IMG/VR virus record: IMGVR_UViG_3300022555_000027
Location: 32,270-96,269 of that record
Strand: one strand, 5' to 3'
Length of the DNA: 64,000 nucleotides
From: a virus
Shown here: positions 1 through 10,524 of the stretch, in pieces
Layout: each line of letters opens with the position of its first letter
Numbering within the stretch: the first letter of the stretch is position 1
Translations under genes and position numbers: made by a program
Notes under the pieces: generated by a model
Seen by the model: only the letters and a program-made list of their open reading frames with translations
Told to the model about the DNA's origin: nothing
The model's database searches: none

Positions 1-75
1 AAGGCATTCCTGACCAACAGGGCTGCCGCCGCCGCCACGAAGGCTGCTGAGGTTGCCAAGGCCGCACTTGTAGCG

Positions 76-351
76 ATGATCATCCGGGGAGGCTACCCTG
101 ACTTCGAGATCGTTGTGGCCGGTGAGAATGGTGGCTTCAGGACTGTTGACATCACGATGGCCGCAAAGGAGACCGAGAAAATTGACATCGCGGCGCTGCA
201 ACGGCTGATCAGCAACGACGACTTCCTCAAGATCGTCACCGCTGCCAAGGCTACCACCGAAAAGGTCGCCGGCAAGAACGTCCTAGTGGCATCAACTAAA
301 GTTGTCAAAGGTGAAGCCACATTGTCGATGAAGGAGCGCAAGGATGGCTAA
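76..351 (+). CDS. Hypothetical phage protein (may start upstream of the window)
   Basis: ORF overlapping the start of the next gene (GGATGGCTAA); no recognisable motif. Confidence 0.6.
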   Translation: MIIRGGYPDFEIVVAGENGGFRTVDITMAAKETEKIDIAALQRLISNDDFLKIVTAAKATTEKVAGKNVLVASTKVVKGEATLSMKERKDG

Positions 352-832
352 GATACTCACCGGGAACTTCGGGGGCCAGTCTGCTCCCGTTACCCCAACC
401 GAACCAGAAGAGCCTGGGGTGAACCTCAGCGCCTTTCTCCCGGACTTACAACCTGGGGACACTGTGATCGGCGTCGTGACCGAAGCCGAAGTGCAGACGC
501 TGCTACAGTATCTGCACTCCCAGAAGATGATGCTGGAGATGACACACGCCTGCTACATCCGGGGAGTGACAGCAGCATCGCGGTACTTCCAGGAGAACTT
601 GGCAAAGCCGAACCTGAAGCCGATCAATGAAGTGATCAGCGAGGCGTCCGGTTTCCTAACCGATGCCGAAGCCAAGTTGTTCTGCAAGATCAGCAATCAG
701 GCAGACACCCTATCCGCCCTTCTGTTGTTTACCGTCAAGGAAAGGCTTGACGTACACCACTTGGTGCTTGCCTTCCGCACAAAGGGGCGTATCGTATGCG
801 TCGGCAAACGAGCGGCTCTGCCTGGAAAGTGA
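344..832 (+). CDS. Hypothetical protein
   Basis: 162-aa ORF with AAGGAG/AGGA upstream, coupled to the previous ORF. Confidence 0.65.
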   Translation: MAKILTGNFGGQSAPVTPTEPEEPGVNLSAFLPDLQPGDTVIGVVTEAEVQTLLQYLHSQKMMLEMTHACYIRGVTAASRYFQENLAKPNLKPINEVISEASGFLTDAEAKLFCKISNQADTLSALLLFTVKERLDVHHLVLAFRTKGRIVCVGKRAALPGK

Positions 833-931
833 GCCCGCTATGGATGGAACGCTCGACCTTTACTGCCTATACCATGTGCGCCGAAATCCTAATATGGCCG
901 TTCCTCGCGAACCACCGAATATGAGGGCACG

Positions 932-1972
932 ATGAAAGAGCGCGATGTCCATAACGTGCTTCGGGCCTTGAACATCCAGGCTCAAACACGGGTCGGGGCA
1001 AGTTGGGTGAATGCCCCTTGCCCCTTTGCGCCGTGGCGACACAAGCACGGGACTGATAGCAACCCCTCCTTCGGAGTCGTGTTCAACGACAACAAGATGT
1101 CACGCGGAAACTGCTTTTCCTGTCACTGGAAGGGTACTCTTGCCGATCTCGTGACCGAGCTTGAAAGCCTTCGGGGGGTCACATACCCGGAAGCCCTTCA
1201 CAAGCTGGTCGAAGACGAGATGCTGGGGATTTCGCTGCCGGAATGGGGGGACCACATTCATGACGATGAGCCCCTCCCGGAACCGTACCCGGACGAGCTA
1301 TTCGTCAACGCCTGGGACAACGCCTGGGACGTGCCGGCGGGCAGGGAATACCTGATCAATGGCCGTCCCATCGGACTTCACGAAGAGGCTGTCCGCAGCC
1401 TGGACCTTCGCTACGATCCCGACGAAAACCGCATCGTGTTTCAGGTTCGGGGGAGGGGAGGGGAGTTGTACGGGTTCTCAGGTCGGTCAATCTTTCCGAG
1501 GGCTCAGCCGAAGGTAAGAGACTACGTGGGCCTGCCAAAAAAGCATCTTATCCTTGGGTGCCATCGTTGGCAGCAAGGCAAGCCAGTGATAATGGTTGAA
1601 GGCTTGTTCGCCTATGCCCACCTTGTGTCCATTGGCACCGAACAGTTCGCCAACGTCGGGGCGGCTCTAGGCTCGGTGTTGACTGAGGAGAAGGCATCTA
1701 TACTTAGGATGTTCTTTCACCGCGTCCTTCTTTTGTTTGACCCAGATGAACCGGGGTATGCTGGCATTTGGGAGCCGACGAGGGACGGCAAGCGTGACAT
1801 GAAGCACGGGGCGGTCGGAAAGCTGCTCGGCCATGTCCCTGTCTCCGTCCCCCGCTACCCAGAAGGGTGCGATGACGTTGACAAGCTGCTGATCGACGAA
1901 GTTGAGGCTATGCTGGAAACGGACGACCTCATTCCACGGAAACCGGTTTCAAATCGCTTCCGGCGCACCTAG
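932..1972 (+). CDS. DNA primase (Zn-binding + TOPRIM)
   Basis: N-terminal CPF..H...CFSC zinc motif; RIVF...GFSGR; TOPRIM motifs MVEG and DPDEPG. Confidence 0.85.
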   Translation: MKERDVHNVLRALNIQAQTRVGASWVNAPCPFAPWRHKHGTDSNPSFGVVFNDNKMSRGNCFSCHWKGTLADLVTELESLRGVTYPEALHKLVEDEMLGISLPEWGDHIHDDEPLPEPYPDELFVNAWDNAWDVPAGREYLINGRPIGLHEEAVRSLDLRYDPDENRIVFQVRGRGGELYGFSGRSIFPRAQPKVRDYVGLPKKHLILGCHRWQQGKPVIMVEGLFAYAHLVSIGTEQFANVGAALGSVLTEEKASILRMFFHRVLLLFDPDEPGYAGIWEPTRDGKRDMKHGAVGKLLGHVPVSVPRYPEGCDDVDKLLIDEVEAMLETDDLIPRKPVSNRFRRT

Positions 1973-2363
1973 TTTTTGGACACCACCACTTGTAACTCTC
2001 AATGAGGATACATACATCGTGATCAGTCAAGAAGACGCGAAAATCTTGCATGAGCAACTGAAAACAAGCGGCGGCATCCGAATGCCAACGCCAACCGGGG
2101 ACCTCTTCCTAGTTGACGCCCGAGTATTTCAGAAGGCTGGCCTGCTGATCGCATCCTCAAACGGGGGTTGTTTCCTCTGGGATTACGACCGCCCTCTCAA
2201 TGCGTTTCGTCTACTGAGTGCAAAGTTCCCGCTCGGCATCGCCGAGACTGTATCCAACATCGCCAACGCTCTTGGCGCCCTGGAACAATCCTTGGAACAA
2301 TCGCTCGTAGAGCCACCCCTTTTGGAATACAAGGACCCACCCGATGGCTCAGGAACTCCGTAA
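1902..2363 (+). CDS. Hypothetical protein (start uncertain)
   Basis: ORF filling the primase-SSB gap. Confidence 0.5.
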   Translation: MRLCWKRTTSFHGNRFQIASGAPSFWTPPLVTLNEDTYIVISQEDAKILHEQLKTSGGIRMPTPTGDLFLVDARVFQKAGLLIASSNGGCFLWDYDRPLNAFRLLSAKFPLGIAETVSNIANALGALEQSLEQSLVEPPLLEYKDPPDGSGTP

Positions 2364-3381
2364 CCGCTCCTTCGGGGGCGCCGCGCGTCCCCAAGCTCAG
2401 ACACAGGCCGCACCGAAGGTTGACGACCTGTCTTGGACCGCTTCCGGCGACACCGCTCGCCAGCAGTCCGCTCAAGAGGCCGAAGCCGCCGCTGCCCGGC
2501 GTGCCCAAGCCTACCAGCCCCGGCGTTTCCGCTTGGGTGTTGGCCAGCAAGCCGACGTTATCGTCCTCGACTACAGCATCGTGCGTGTACCTGGGACTGA
2601 ACTCACCTTGCAGACGCAAGGCATCCCCTCCTATCACGAACATGACCTGACCTGGGAGCCGGCCTTTGCGCGCAATCGCACGGGCAGCAACTCCAAGCAG
2701 GACATCTTCGAGGCTTGCCCAAAGCTGCAAGAAACCTGCCCGATTTGCCGTTTCCTTGGCAAAGAAAGCGGCTTCATCATGTTGGTTTCCGTTCTGGACG
2801 CCCGTGCGATCACCAGCCAGAAGACTGGTATCACGACCCCGTTCCGCCGGAACATCCTGGCCGTCAAGAACGAGCAGCAAGCCGTCATCCATCGTATCTT
2901 CGACCGTGCCGGCGGCAACCCCCGTGGCGTTCACCTCCTGATGACCCGTGATGGTCAACGGGAAGCGGCCATCGGTAAGCCCGAGTACGTTGACACCCTG
3001 ACCGAGCAGCAGCTTCTGGAATACTTCAGCCACCCGGCCGAGCTTGCCGCCGATGGCAAGGTGCGGGTCGAGGCCAACGGTATGCTCCAGCCCTACCTGT
3101 ACGGCTCTTTCTTGCGCCGCCCGACCGCTGCTGACATTCACCGGAAGTACCCCTTCCTGCCCGCCGTGGCCGGTAGTGTGACTGCCAACGAACGCGGTAG
3201 CTACGAGGCCCCACACAACCCCGTGGGTGGCTTCAACCACTCGGCAGGCTTCCAGGGTGCTTCACAAGTTGCCGCTGCCCAGCAGGCTGCTACGGGCACC
3301 GGTGGCGGCTTCGCGGGTCGCGCTGCCAATGCTAAACCGCCGGCACAGCCTGACCTGGACGACGAAATTCCTTTTAACTAA
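2344..3381 (+). CDS. Single-stranded DNA-binding protein (gp32-like)
   Basis: HEH...C...CPIC zinc motif, Gly/Ala-rich linker, acidic tail DLDDEIPF; replication context. Confidence 0.75.
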   Translation: MAQELRNRSFGGAARPQAQTQAAPKVDDLSWTASGDTARQQSAQEAEAAAARRAQAYQPRRFRLGVGQQADVIVLDYSIVRVPGTELTLQTQGIPSYHEHDLTWEPAFARNRTGSNSKQDIFEACPKLQETCPICRFLGKESGFIMLVSVLDARAITSQKTGITTPFRRNILAVKNEQQAVIHRIFDRAGGNPRGVHLLMTRDGQREAAIGKPEYVDTLTEQQLLEYFSHPAELAADGKVRVEANGMLQPYLYGSFLRRPTAADIHRKYPFLPAVAGSVTANERGSYEAPHNPVGGFNHSAGFQGASQVAAAQQAATGTGGGFAGRAANAKPPAQPDLDDEIPFN

Positions 3382-3392
3382 GGGGACACGCC

Positions 3393-3794
3393 ATGACCAC
3401 CAGCGAAAGCTGGCGTGTTGTCCCCCGCTTGCCAGAGTATGAGGCGAGCAGCTTCGGAAGGGTTATGCGGACCCCCTATAGAGCGGAGATGCCTCACGGC
3501 GGATACCGCACTTATGGGGGTCAACCCCGGTACGGAGATTTAGAGGACGGCCGCTACCACATCATTTTCAAAGGCCACTGCTATAAGGTTCATCGACTGG
3601 TTTGCGAAGCCTTCAACGGCCCGAAGCCTTTCGATGGAGCGGTAGTGATGCGCCTTGACGAAGATGAGACCAATAACCGGCCGGAGAATTTAGCTTGGGG
3701 CACACAGAAGGAAAACCTGAATGCCCCTGGTTTCATCGCTTACTGCAAGGGTCGGACTGGCGAAAATAATCCTCGCACAAAAGGGTGTCGTTAG
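3393..3794 (+). CDS. NUMOD4/HNH-type homing endonuclease
   Basis: W....YEASSFGRV (NUMOD4); VHRLVCEAF...NNRPENLAWGT..EN; the usual first His appears replaced (VMRLD). Confidence 0.8.
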   Translation: MTTSESWRVVPRLPEYEASSFGRVMRTPYRAEMPHGGYRTYGGQPRYGDLEDGRYHIIFKGHCYKVHRLVCEAFNGPKPFDGAVVMRLDEDETNNRPENLAWGTQKENLNAPGFIAYCKGRTGENNPRTKGCR

Positions 3795-3820
3795 TTTGAA
3801 ACCGGTTTCAGGGGGCTATC

Positions 3821-5224
3821 ATGACCGCCATCTTGTCGAACTATCTCTATATCCCGGTGGGTCAGTTCACCCTCCGAAGCATCGCCGAATTGCGCTCGGA
3901 ACTCACCGTCGTACCACGGAACTTCGCGGCCAAGAAATTCAACCAACGCCAGCCGGTGATCAAGCTCTATGAGGACCGGATGCCCGGGTATATCGGCATT
4001 CCGAAGGCATGGGGCAGGGAGCACTTCCCAACGCTGATGGTCGAAGACCGCCGGTCGAACGGAAGTCCCATAGAATGCCCAAAGAGGCCCGATCCGAACC
4101 ATCCAAGGGTCAGAGAGCCGGCCAAGCAGGCCAAGTTTATGGCCGAGTTGCTTGACGCCGCCGGTGACGCTAAGAACTTCATTGCATCTGCCTCAACCGG
4201 GAGTGGGAAGACGGTTTGCGCCCTGAACATGATCGCCGAGCTAGGCCGCACAGCCCTGATCGTTGTCCACCTTGACCGGTTGCTCGATCAGTGGGTTAAG
4301 GAGATCAAGGACAAGCTGGGCCTCACTGACGACGAGATAGGTGTCGTGCAAGGTCAGAAGTGCGACTACAAAGGTAAGAAAATCGTTGTAGCGATGTTGC
4401 AGTCGCTTTCGATGAAAGAGGACTACCCGTCAGACCTTTGGAACTACTTCGGTACAGTGGTTTTCGACGAAGTTCACAAAATCGGAAGTGAAATTTTTTC
4501 CCGGGCTGTTACCAAATTTAACGTAAGGGTGAGCGTCGGCCTGAGTGCCACTGTTCGCCGCCGTGACGGGGCCGACAAGGTGTTTCTGTATCACCTCGGG
4601 CATGTGTCCGTGCGTAGCGAAGCCGAAGCCCTTCCGATGGACGTTTACGTCATCCCGTACACCTGTCGGAAGGAGGCACCACATGATAACGCCCACAAGT
4701 CAGAAAAGCTGGAATACCTCACCAGTGACAATTACCGCAACGGGATGATCCTCGACCAGATCCTCCGAATGCACAGGACAGGCCGGCAAGCCCTGGTGGT
4801 TGGTGACAACATCGACCACCTGCATCACCTCCGGGACAGGTGCGTGGCCTATCGCATTCCTGAAGAAGACCTCGGGATGTTCACCGGCCAACTCATTGTC
4901 GATGGGAAGAGAAAGAAGGCGTCTTCTGAGCACCTAGACCGGGTGATGAAGGACAGCCAGATACTCTTTGCCACCTACCAAATGATCACCGAGGGCATCG
5001 ACATCCCACGTCTCGACGCTGGTATCGATGTGACGCCACGGGCCGATGCCGAGCAGTTAATCGGCCGAACCCGTCGCCCGATGCCGGGAAAAAAGGACCC
5101 GATCTGGGTGACGTTTGAAGATAAGAGCGTCAAGAGCTTCGTCCGGGCCTTGGACTCACGCATCAAGGACTACCGGAACACAGGATGCCGTGTATTCACC
5201 ATGAAGGAGCGTGGCAATGTCTGA
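3821..5224 (+). CDS. Superfamily 2 DNA helicase (UvsW/Res-like)
   Basis: ASTGSGKT, DEVH, SAT, EGIDIP and QLIGR motifs. Confidence 0.9.
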   Translation: MTAILSNYLYIPVGQFTLRSIAELRSELTVVPRNFAAKKFNQRQPVIKLYEDRMPGYIGIPKAWGREHFPTLMVEDRRSNGSPIECPKRPDPNHPRVREPAKQAKFMAELLDAAGDAKNFIASASTGSGKTVCALNMIAELGRTALIVVHLDRLLDQWVKEIKDKLGLTDDEIGVVQGQKCDYKGKKIVVAMLQSLSMKEDYPSDLWNYFGTVVFDEVHKIGSEIFSRAVTKFNVRVSVGLSATVRRRDGADKVFLYHLGHVSVRSEAEALPMDVYVIPYTCRKEAPHDNAHKSEKLEYLTSDNYRNGMILDQILRMHRTGRQALVVGDNIDHLHHLRDRCVAYRIPEEDLGMFTGQLIVDGKRKKASSEHLDRVMKDSQILFATYQMITEGIDIPRLDAGIDVTPRADAEQLIGRTRRPMPGKKDPIWVTFEDKSVKSFVRALDSRIKDYRNTGCRVFTMKERGNV

Positions 5225-5346
5225 TTACTATTGGGGGCCTCTTTATAACCAAAGAAGACGAGACAAGTACAAGAACGACCTCGCCTTCCGTCTCAAAGAA
5301 CGCCGTCGCGCTAAGAGCGACCAAAGGAAAAGACGGGAGAAGCAAA

Positions 5347-5712
5347 ATGGCACTGCGGGAACGAAAAGCGCCGGTAAAAGCACCACCGGCTCGGATACTT
5401 GACGTTGAAGGGGCCGAGGGGTTCATTACCGTCAAGCGTGGTCGGTTTAACATGGGGAAACTGATCTTCGAGAAAGAAGACCTCGATACGATCACGGTCC
5501 CCTGGTTTAACGGCCCAATAGCCCGGGTTAAAATCAGCAGCAGCACTACTCGCAACCTGGGTGATTACAACTCTGTCAAGGTCGAAGTTAGCCTTGACTT
5601 ACCGTGCTACGCCGTACCCGGCGAAATTGAGCACACATACAATCAGGCCGCCGATTGGGTCTGCGCCAAAATCGAGAGCGAGCTTGACGATGGAGGACAG
5701 ACCAATGGCTGA
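5347..5712 (+). CDS. Hypothetical phage protein
   Basis: GGAG RBS; TRNLGDYNSVKVEV segment; overlaps the RecA start. Confidence 0.65.
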   Translation: MALRERKAPVKAPPARILDVEGAEGFITVKRGRFNMGKLIFEKEDLDTITVPWFNGPIARVKISSSTTRNLGDYNSVKVEVSLDLPCYAVPGEIEHTYNQAADWVCAKIESELDDGGQTNG

Positions 5713-6829
5713 GATCCGCCAGCGCACCGCACCCACAGAACCAGGACCCCTGGTCCTGCCCGATAGCCTGAAAAATCTCAAGGATGCCCTCGCCAAGCGT
5801 TGCGGTGATGGTGTCTTCGTGATGGCCGGCAACCTTCCACCCCGTAAGCACATTCCGACCGGCATTTTCGTTGCCGACATGGCGACCCTTGGCGGCATCC
5901 CGCGTGGCCTGATTACTCAGGTGCTAGGCATGCCCGCTGCTGGCAAAACCCTGCTCTCCATGCGGGCGGCAGCATCGGCACAGCGCATGTTCCCCGACAT
6001 GTATGTTGCCTGCGTTGAGCCTGAAGGCACTTGGGACACGGAGTGGGCCGCTTGTCACGGTGTTGACAACAGCCGCCTGATCCTCGTCCGCCCGCCTGAT
6101 GGCGAAGCCGGTGTGGATGCCACGGACGAGTTGCTGCGCTCCCGTGACGTGTCCCTGGTCATCCTTGATAGCTTGCCTGCCTTGGTTCCGAAAAAGGAAA
6201 TCGAACGCTCGGCTGGCAACGACAGTATGGGTGAGCAAGCCCGTCTGATGGGCCGGTTTATCGTCAAGGCGGTCAACGCCTGCAACGAAGGTCGCCGTGC
6301 GGGTTTCCTGCCCACCCTGCTGATGATCAATCAGTACCGCATGAAGGTCGGCTTGGTGTTCGGCGACCCCCGGTCAATCCCTGGTGGCAAGGCCAAGGAC
6401 TACGCCATTTCCCTGTCCCTTGAATTGAAAAAGTCCAAGGAAGTCATGGGTAAAGACAGCCAGGGCCGTGAGGTTGCTGATCACAACGATCACAGCATCG
6501 AAGTCAAGAAAACCAAAATCGGTGGCTCCATCACGGCTGGGGACTTCACCCTTTGCCGCAACCGCGATGGCAAGTTTGCAGCCGGTTTCATTGACGAAGG
6601 TGAGACCGTCAAGGGCTTCGCAAAGGACGCGGGCTTCCTGGGCGGCTCGGCCGGCAAGTACACGGTGGACGGTGCCATTGACCCGTCAACCGGTGAAGTG
6701 CTGATCTTCCGCACTCACCAGGACATCATCGACTGGTGGTATGCCAACCCGGTGGCGTTCGAGACCATGAAGACCGAATTGATCCGTCTCCAGCGGATCA
6801 AGTGCGGTTACACCAACCAATGGCTCTAA
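5705..6829 (+). CDS. recA: RecA/UvsX-like recombinase
   Basis: GGIPRG, Walker A GMPAAGKT, Walker B VILDS, QARLM, INQYR, FGDP..PGG. Confidence 0.9.
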   Translation: MAEIRQRTAPTEPGPLVLPDSLKNLKDALAKRCGDGVFVMAGNLPPRKHIPTGIFVADMATLGGIPRGLITQVLGMPAAGKTLLSMRAAASAQRMFPDMYVACVEPEGTWDTEWAACHGVDNSRLILVRPPDGEAGVDATDELLRSRDVSLVILDSLPALVPKKEIERSAGNDSMGEQARLMGRFIVKAVNACNEGRRAGFLPTLLMINQYRMKVGLVFGDPRSIPGGKAKDYAISLSLELKKSKEVMGKDSQGREVADHNDHSIEVKKTKIGGSITAGDFTLCRNRDGKFAAGFIDEGETVKGFAKDAGFLGGSAGKYTVDGAIDPSTGEVLIFRTHQDIIDWWYANPVAFETMKTELIRLQRIKCGYTNQWL

Positions 6830-7182
6830 AGGAGCCTAAGTGCCTGCAAGGCAACCTGTCACCATCGCACCTCCGAGCAAAGCAGCAGGAAAAGGAGATC
6901 GCGAAGAGGACAGGGGGCCGGCAGACACCCGGGTCCGGTAACAAAACGGTGAAGGGTGATGTTCGGGTTAAGGGCGTCATGAGAATTGAAGCCAAGACCA
7001 CGAAACACCTTTCATTTACCGTCACCACGGAACATATATCAAATATAACCAACGCGGTGGCTGGTACTCTTGAGATACCCTGTATGGCAATCGAATTTGG
7101 CGACGGTACTTCCTTTGTCATACTTCCGGAGAGCGCACTAGACACCATTCTTGAGATAGCGAGAACAAGATGTCCCTCCTGA
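6820..7182 (+). CDS. PD-(D/E)XK nuclease, Hjc-like Holliday junction resolvase
   Basis: QEKEIA...GSG...KGDV...IEAKTT. Confidence 0.7.
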   Translation: MALKEPKCLQGNLSPSHLRAKQQEKEIAKRTGGRQTPGSGNKTVKGDVRVKGVMRIEAKTTKHLSFTVTTEHISNITNAVAGTLEIPCMAIEFGDGTSFVILPESALDTILEIARTRCPS

Positions 7183-8075
7183 CCCGCGCAACTCAGAAGC
7201 TCGCTGCCGTTCAAGGGTTCGGGACCGGTCTGCCCCAGAGGGATGCCAACCGCATCCCCGAGGAGCTACTGACCAAGCTCCTGACAAAGAGCGACAACCT
7301 CCCAGAAGCCAAACGTGCGACCAATGCCGGGTCGAACATGCACGTCTCCAGCCTGATAGGGGTATGTGAACGGTCGGCGGTGCTGATGAGGCGGTTCAAC
7401 GACGGGGCGCCTGTCTACAATCAGGTGAGCGGCTTCGACCGCATCGTGTGGAAGATCGGGCGTGCGGTGGAAGCCCATATCCGGGACAATATCATCCGGG
7501 CGCACGGCCCGTCGAAGGTGCTTGGCAAGTGGACCTGCCCATGCGGAGCGGCCACCTTCGAGGGGACCTTCCCGATGGACCGCCCCATATGCCCGGTATG
7601 CAAAAAAGAACGAGACATCTATCAGGAATGGGATTTGATCGATGATGAATACGGCGTCCAAGGCCATCCTGACCTTCCTCTGATATGGAGCGATGGCAGC
7701 ATCATCGTTGTCGAGATCAAATCTATGAACGCGAAGGAGTGGAAGGAGTTGAAGAGCCCGAAGGGGGACCACCGGTTTCAGGCGTGCATGTATCGCCGCA
7801 TCCTCCAACGCAAGGGCTACCGGGTCAACGACAAGGTCATAGTCATTGTCGCGACCAAAGACTACCAGTTCACTCGCAAGGAAAGCCCTTATAAGGAATA
7901 CCAAATCGACGCGACTACCCCACAGCTTCAGGCAGAGCTAGACGGTGCGCTCGTGCTTGCTGGCCGGGTAAGGGATGCCGTTGCCAATGAGACTTTGCCA
8001 CATCGGACGTGTGCCAACCCTCAACTTTCAACAGCCAAAAGTTGCTCGCAGTGTGTGCGATGCTTTAACCTGTGA
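7170..8075 (+). CDS. Cas4-like / PD-(D/E)XK exonuclease
   Basis: GHPD...VEIKS, Q...Y motif, N-terminal Cys, C-terminal C..C..C, internal CPC/CPVC insert. Confidence 0.8.
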   Translation: MSLLTRATQKLAAVQGFGTGLPQRDANRIPEELLTKLLTKSDNLPEAKRATNAGSNMHVSSLIGVCERSAVLMRRFNDGAPVYNQVSGFDRIVWKIGRAVEAHIRDNIIRAHGPSKVLGKWTCPCGAATFEGTFPMDRPICPVCKKERDIYQEWDLIDDEYGVQGHPDLPLIWSDGSIIVVEIKSMNAKEWKELKSPKGDHRFQACMYRRILQRKGYRVNDKVIVIVATKDYQFTRKESPYKEYQIDATTPQLQAELDGALVLAGRVRDAVANETLPHRTCANPQLSTAKSCSQCVRCFNL

Positions 8076-8082
8076 GGGTACT

Positions 8083-8676
8083 ATGTCACGCGGGAATATG
8101 TGCAAGCTCGGGATCACGCTGCCGGATGGAGTTGTAATTATGGGCATCGACCCGTCCTTAACGGCCACTGGCCTCGCTTTACTCAAGGGCAGTGATCTTG
8201 TCACCATCACTGCGTCGCCCCCTATGCCGACCAAGACCTGTCCCCGGGGGGACTTTTGCCGCCTCGCGTGGTTTAAGGAGCGGATAGGGGCAGTGCTTCG
8301 CACAGGCAACCCCCTGGTGGTCGCAATTGAGGGCTATGCCTACGGGGCCAAGTCCCAGGCACACTCGCTTGGTGAGCTTGGTGGGGTTATCCGCGTATTG
8401 CTCTTCGAGAGTGTTATCCCCAACGCCGTTGTCGTTCCGCCGAACGTACTGAAGAAGTTTGCAACGGGCACCGGCAACGCAGATAAGGGTGCCGTAAGCA
8501 AGGGGCTGTTCAAACGATGGGGAGTTGACGTTGAAAACAACAACGAGGCCGACGCATCCGGTCTGGCCCTTTTAGGGGCTGCCCTTCATTTCCCAGACGT
8601 TTTCTCATTGAAATCCGAAGTCCATGAGGCTATCTCTAGGGCATGTGAACGCTTGCCAGTCAAGTCACCGGCCTGA
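8083..8676 (+). CDS. ruvC: RuvC-like Holliday junction resolvase
   Basis: MGIDPSLTATG, IEGY, LKKFATG.G.ADK, NEADA. Confidence 0.85.
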   Translation: MSRGNMCKLGITLPDGVVIMGIDPSLTATGLALLKGSDLVTITASPPMPTKTCPRGDFCRLAWFKERIGAVLRTGNPLVVAIEGYAYGAKSQAHSLGELGGVIRVLLFESVIPNAVVVPPNVLKKFATGTGNADKGAVSKGLFKRWGVDVENNNEADASGLALLGAALHFPDVFSLKSEVHEAISRACERLPVKSPA

Positions 8677-8714
8677 AACCGGTTTCAACTCGGGGCAACA
8701 AGGAGCAACCTATC

Positions 8715-10202
8715 ATGGCCGCTAAGAAACAGCCCGATCAGGACTTGATCGGCAAATACGTCCAGTTTACCGGGTACGTCGATCTGACGATGGACCCGTT
8801 GCTGGAAGTTGGTGAACGCCTCCGCATCTTCGGTTTTTACGAACCGAATGATCCCTCTCAACCAATGGGCTTCAAAGCGCACTCTGACCGCTTCGGACCC
8901 GACGAAAAAGGCGTCATCGAGCGCATTAGCGACCCAGTGTTCCCCAAGGAGTTCGTTCTCTCCAGCGATCAAACCCCGTTCGCGAGTGAGGAAGAGTTTC
9001 CAATTCAGATTGAGGGTGAGGATAAGGTCAAAAAGGCTGCCAAGCCCAAGGCTGAGAAGGTCAAAGCCGCTACCAAGCCCAAGGCTGGAAAGGCCAAAGC
9101 TGCCGAGCCGGTCGTCACCCCGGAGCCGGAACTTGCACTTGAAACCCCTGTGGCGGCTCCTGAGCCCGCAGTTACGGTCGAACCTGTTGCGGCCGAAGTA
9201 CCGGTTGCAGAACCGGAGGCCATCCCGGTACAGGAGATCAGTGAAGAGCCCACAGTTGACGCGGAAGTGGAAACCGTGAATACTCCCACCAATGTGATCG
9301 ACAACGAAAGTGAGCGGATGACAAACGGAAACAGCGAACCGAAAAGCACTTGGACCCTGGCCGACGTTGTCCTTGGTGAAGAGGCGGACATCCCGGTTGA
9401 AGTCCCGGAGCCCCCCGATACCACCGATGCGGTCAAGGATGAAGGCGGCGTTTACGTCCAGCCGATTGACGCAGTTCGTGCCGCACTGGAAAGCGGCGAT
9501 ATGCTCAACGCGGCGATCAAGACGCACCAAGACATCGAGTTGCAGTTCTACACGCTCGGCGGTATCCTGTACGAAATCGAGCGGACTGGCTCCTACAAGG
9601 AAGAGGATAAGTACAAGGGGGCGGAAGGCTTCGTCAAATTCTGTGACGAGGCAGTCGGTTGCAGCTACCGTAGGGCAATGTACCTGATCAAACTCTACAA
9701 GCGCATTCAGGTGCTCGGACTTGACTACACCAAGCTGGCTAAGGTCGGCTGGAGCAAGGCGACCAAGTTCCTCGACCTCAATGACGAGTTGCTCAAGCTG
9801 AACTATGATGAGTTGTGCGAGATCGGCGCCCAGCTTTCCCGCCCCAACTTGGTCGTTGAGATCGGAAGGATTAAGGCGGGCGGTGTCACAGAAGACGAAC
9901 AGGTTGCCAAGTTCAAGGTGGCCTTTACCGTCACGGGTGACGAGGCCGCACTGTTCAAGGGTGCCCTTGAGACCGCAGCGCCCAAGGCTGGGGTTGACGC
10001 CCTTGTTGAGAACTTCACTCGCGAGCAGATCGTCATGGTGTTCAAATACATCGTCAACGACTGGGCAAGCCTTGCCAATAGCGGCGTCGTCCGCCCGCTG
10101 GCTGATCAAATCCGTGAGATTGAACTGATCCACGACGTTCGCATCACGGCGGTCCCGATGTCCGAAGTTGAGGACGAAGATCAGGAAACCGTCAACGCAT
10201 GA
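8715..10202 (+). CDS. Hypothetical protein with Glu/Pro/Ala-rich linker and probable C-terminal helical DNA-binding domain
   Basis: AAGGAG RBS; LGGILYEI...F..FC...G.SYRRA.YLI..Y...L.KVGWSKA resembles DUF3102-type HTH domains. Confidence 0.65.
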   Translation: MAAKKQPDQDLIGKYVQFTGYVDLTMDPLLEVGERLRIFGFYEPNDPSQPMGFKAHSDRFGPDEKGVIERISDPVFPKEFVLSSDQTPFASEEEFPIQIEGEDKVKKAAKPKAEKVKAATKPKAGKAKAAEPVVTPEPELALETPVAAPEPAVTVEPVAAEVPVAEPEAIPVQEISEEPTVDAEVETVNTPTNVIDNESERMTNGNSEPKSTWTLADVVLGEEADIPVEVPEPPDTTDAVKDEGGVYVQPIDAVRAALESGDMLNAAIKTHQDIELQFYTLGGILYEIERTGSYKEEDKYKGAEGFVKFCDEAVGCSYRRAMYLIKLYKRIQVLGLDYTKLAKVGWSKATKFLDLNDELLKLNYDELCEIGAQLSRPNLVVEIGRIKAGGVTEDEQVAKFKVAFTVTGDEAALFKGALETAAPKAGVDALVENFTREQIVMVFKYIVNDWASLANSGVVRPLADQIREIELIHDVRITAVPMSEVEDEDQETVNA

Positions 10203-10224
10203 CGATGCCGCATCGAATGGGCAA

Positions 10225-10252
10225 GGGGAGGCTAACACCTCCCCTTTTTTTT
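10225..10252 (+). terminator. Rho-independent terminator
   Basis: GGGGAGG-ctaaca-CCTCCCC followed by T8. Confidence 0.85.
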
Positions 10253-10524
10253 GGAGGGTCCGATGGATGTCGTGCGTGTTCCGATCCACCTCACCAAGAA
10301 TTGTGAGCTATCCAAGGAAGCTCTGGTCGCTGCTGTGTTGAGACTTGACAAAGCAGTGGAGGGTGGGGCCTCCTCCCAGGAGTTGCAATCGATAAACAAC
10401 GATTTACGCCACGCGGTGCGGACGTACAAATTTCACATGTCGTCACTTTCAACGCCGCTGGACACAAGCCACTAAAGTGCCTATATACTATAGCTTGGGG
10501 CTTGGCACTCTGAGGGACCACAAC

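Noticed and set aside
7170-8075. Cas4 as evidence of CRISPR-Cas
   Set aside because: Solo Cas4-like nucleases are common in phage recombination modules; no cas1/cas2
8685-10289. 534-aa antisense ORF (likewise 2197-3240, 55126-56898, 60252-61331, 40265-41512)
   Set aside because: Shadow frames of real genes on the opposite strand in GC-rich DNA; no RBS or motifs
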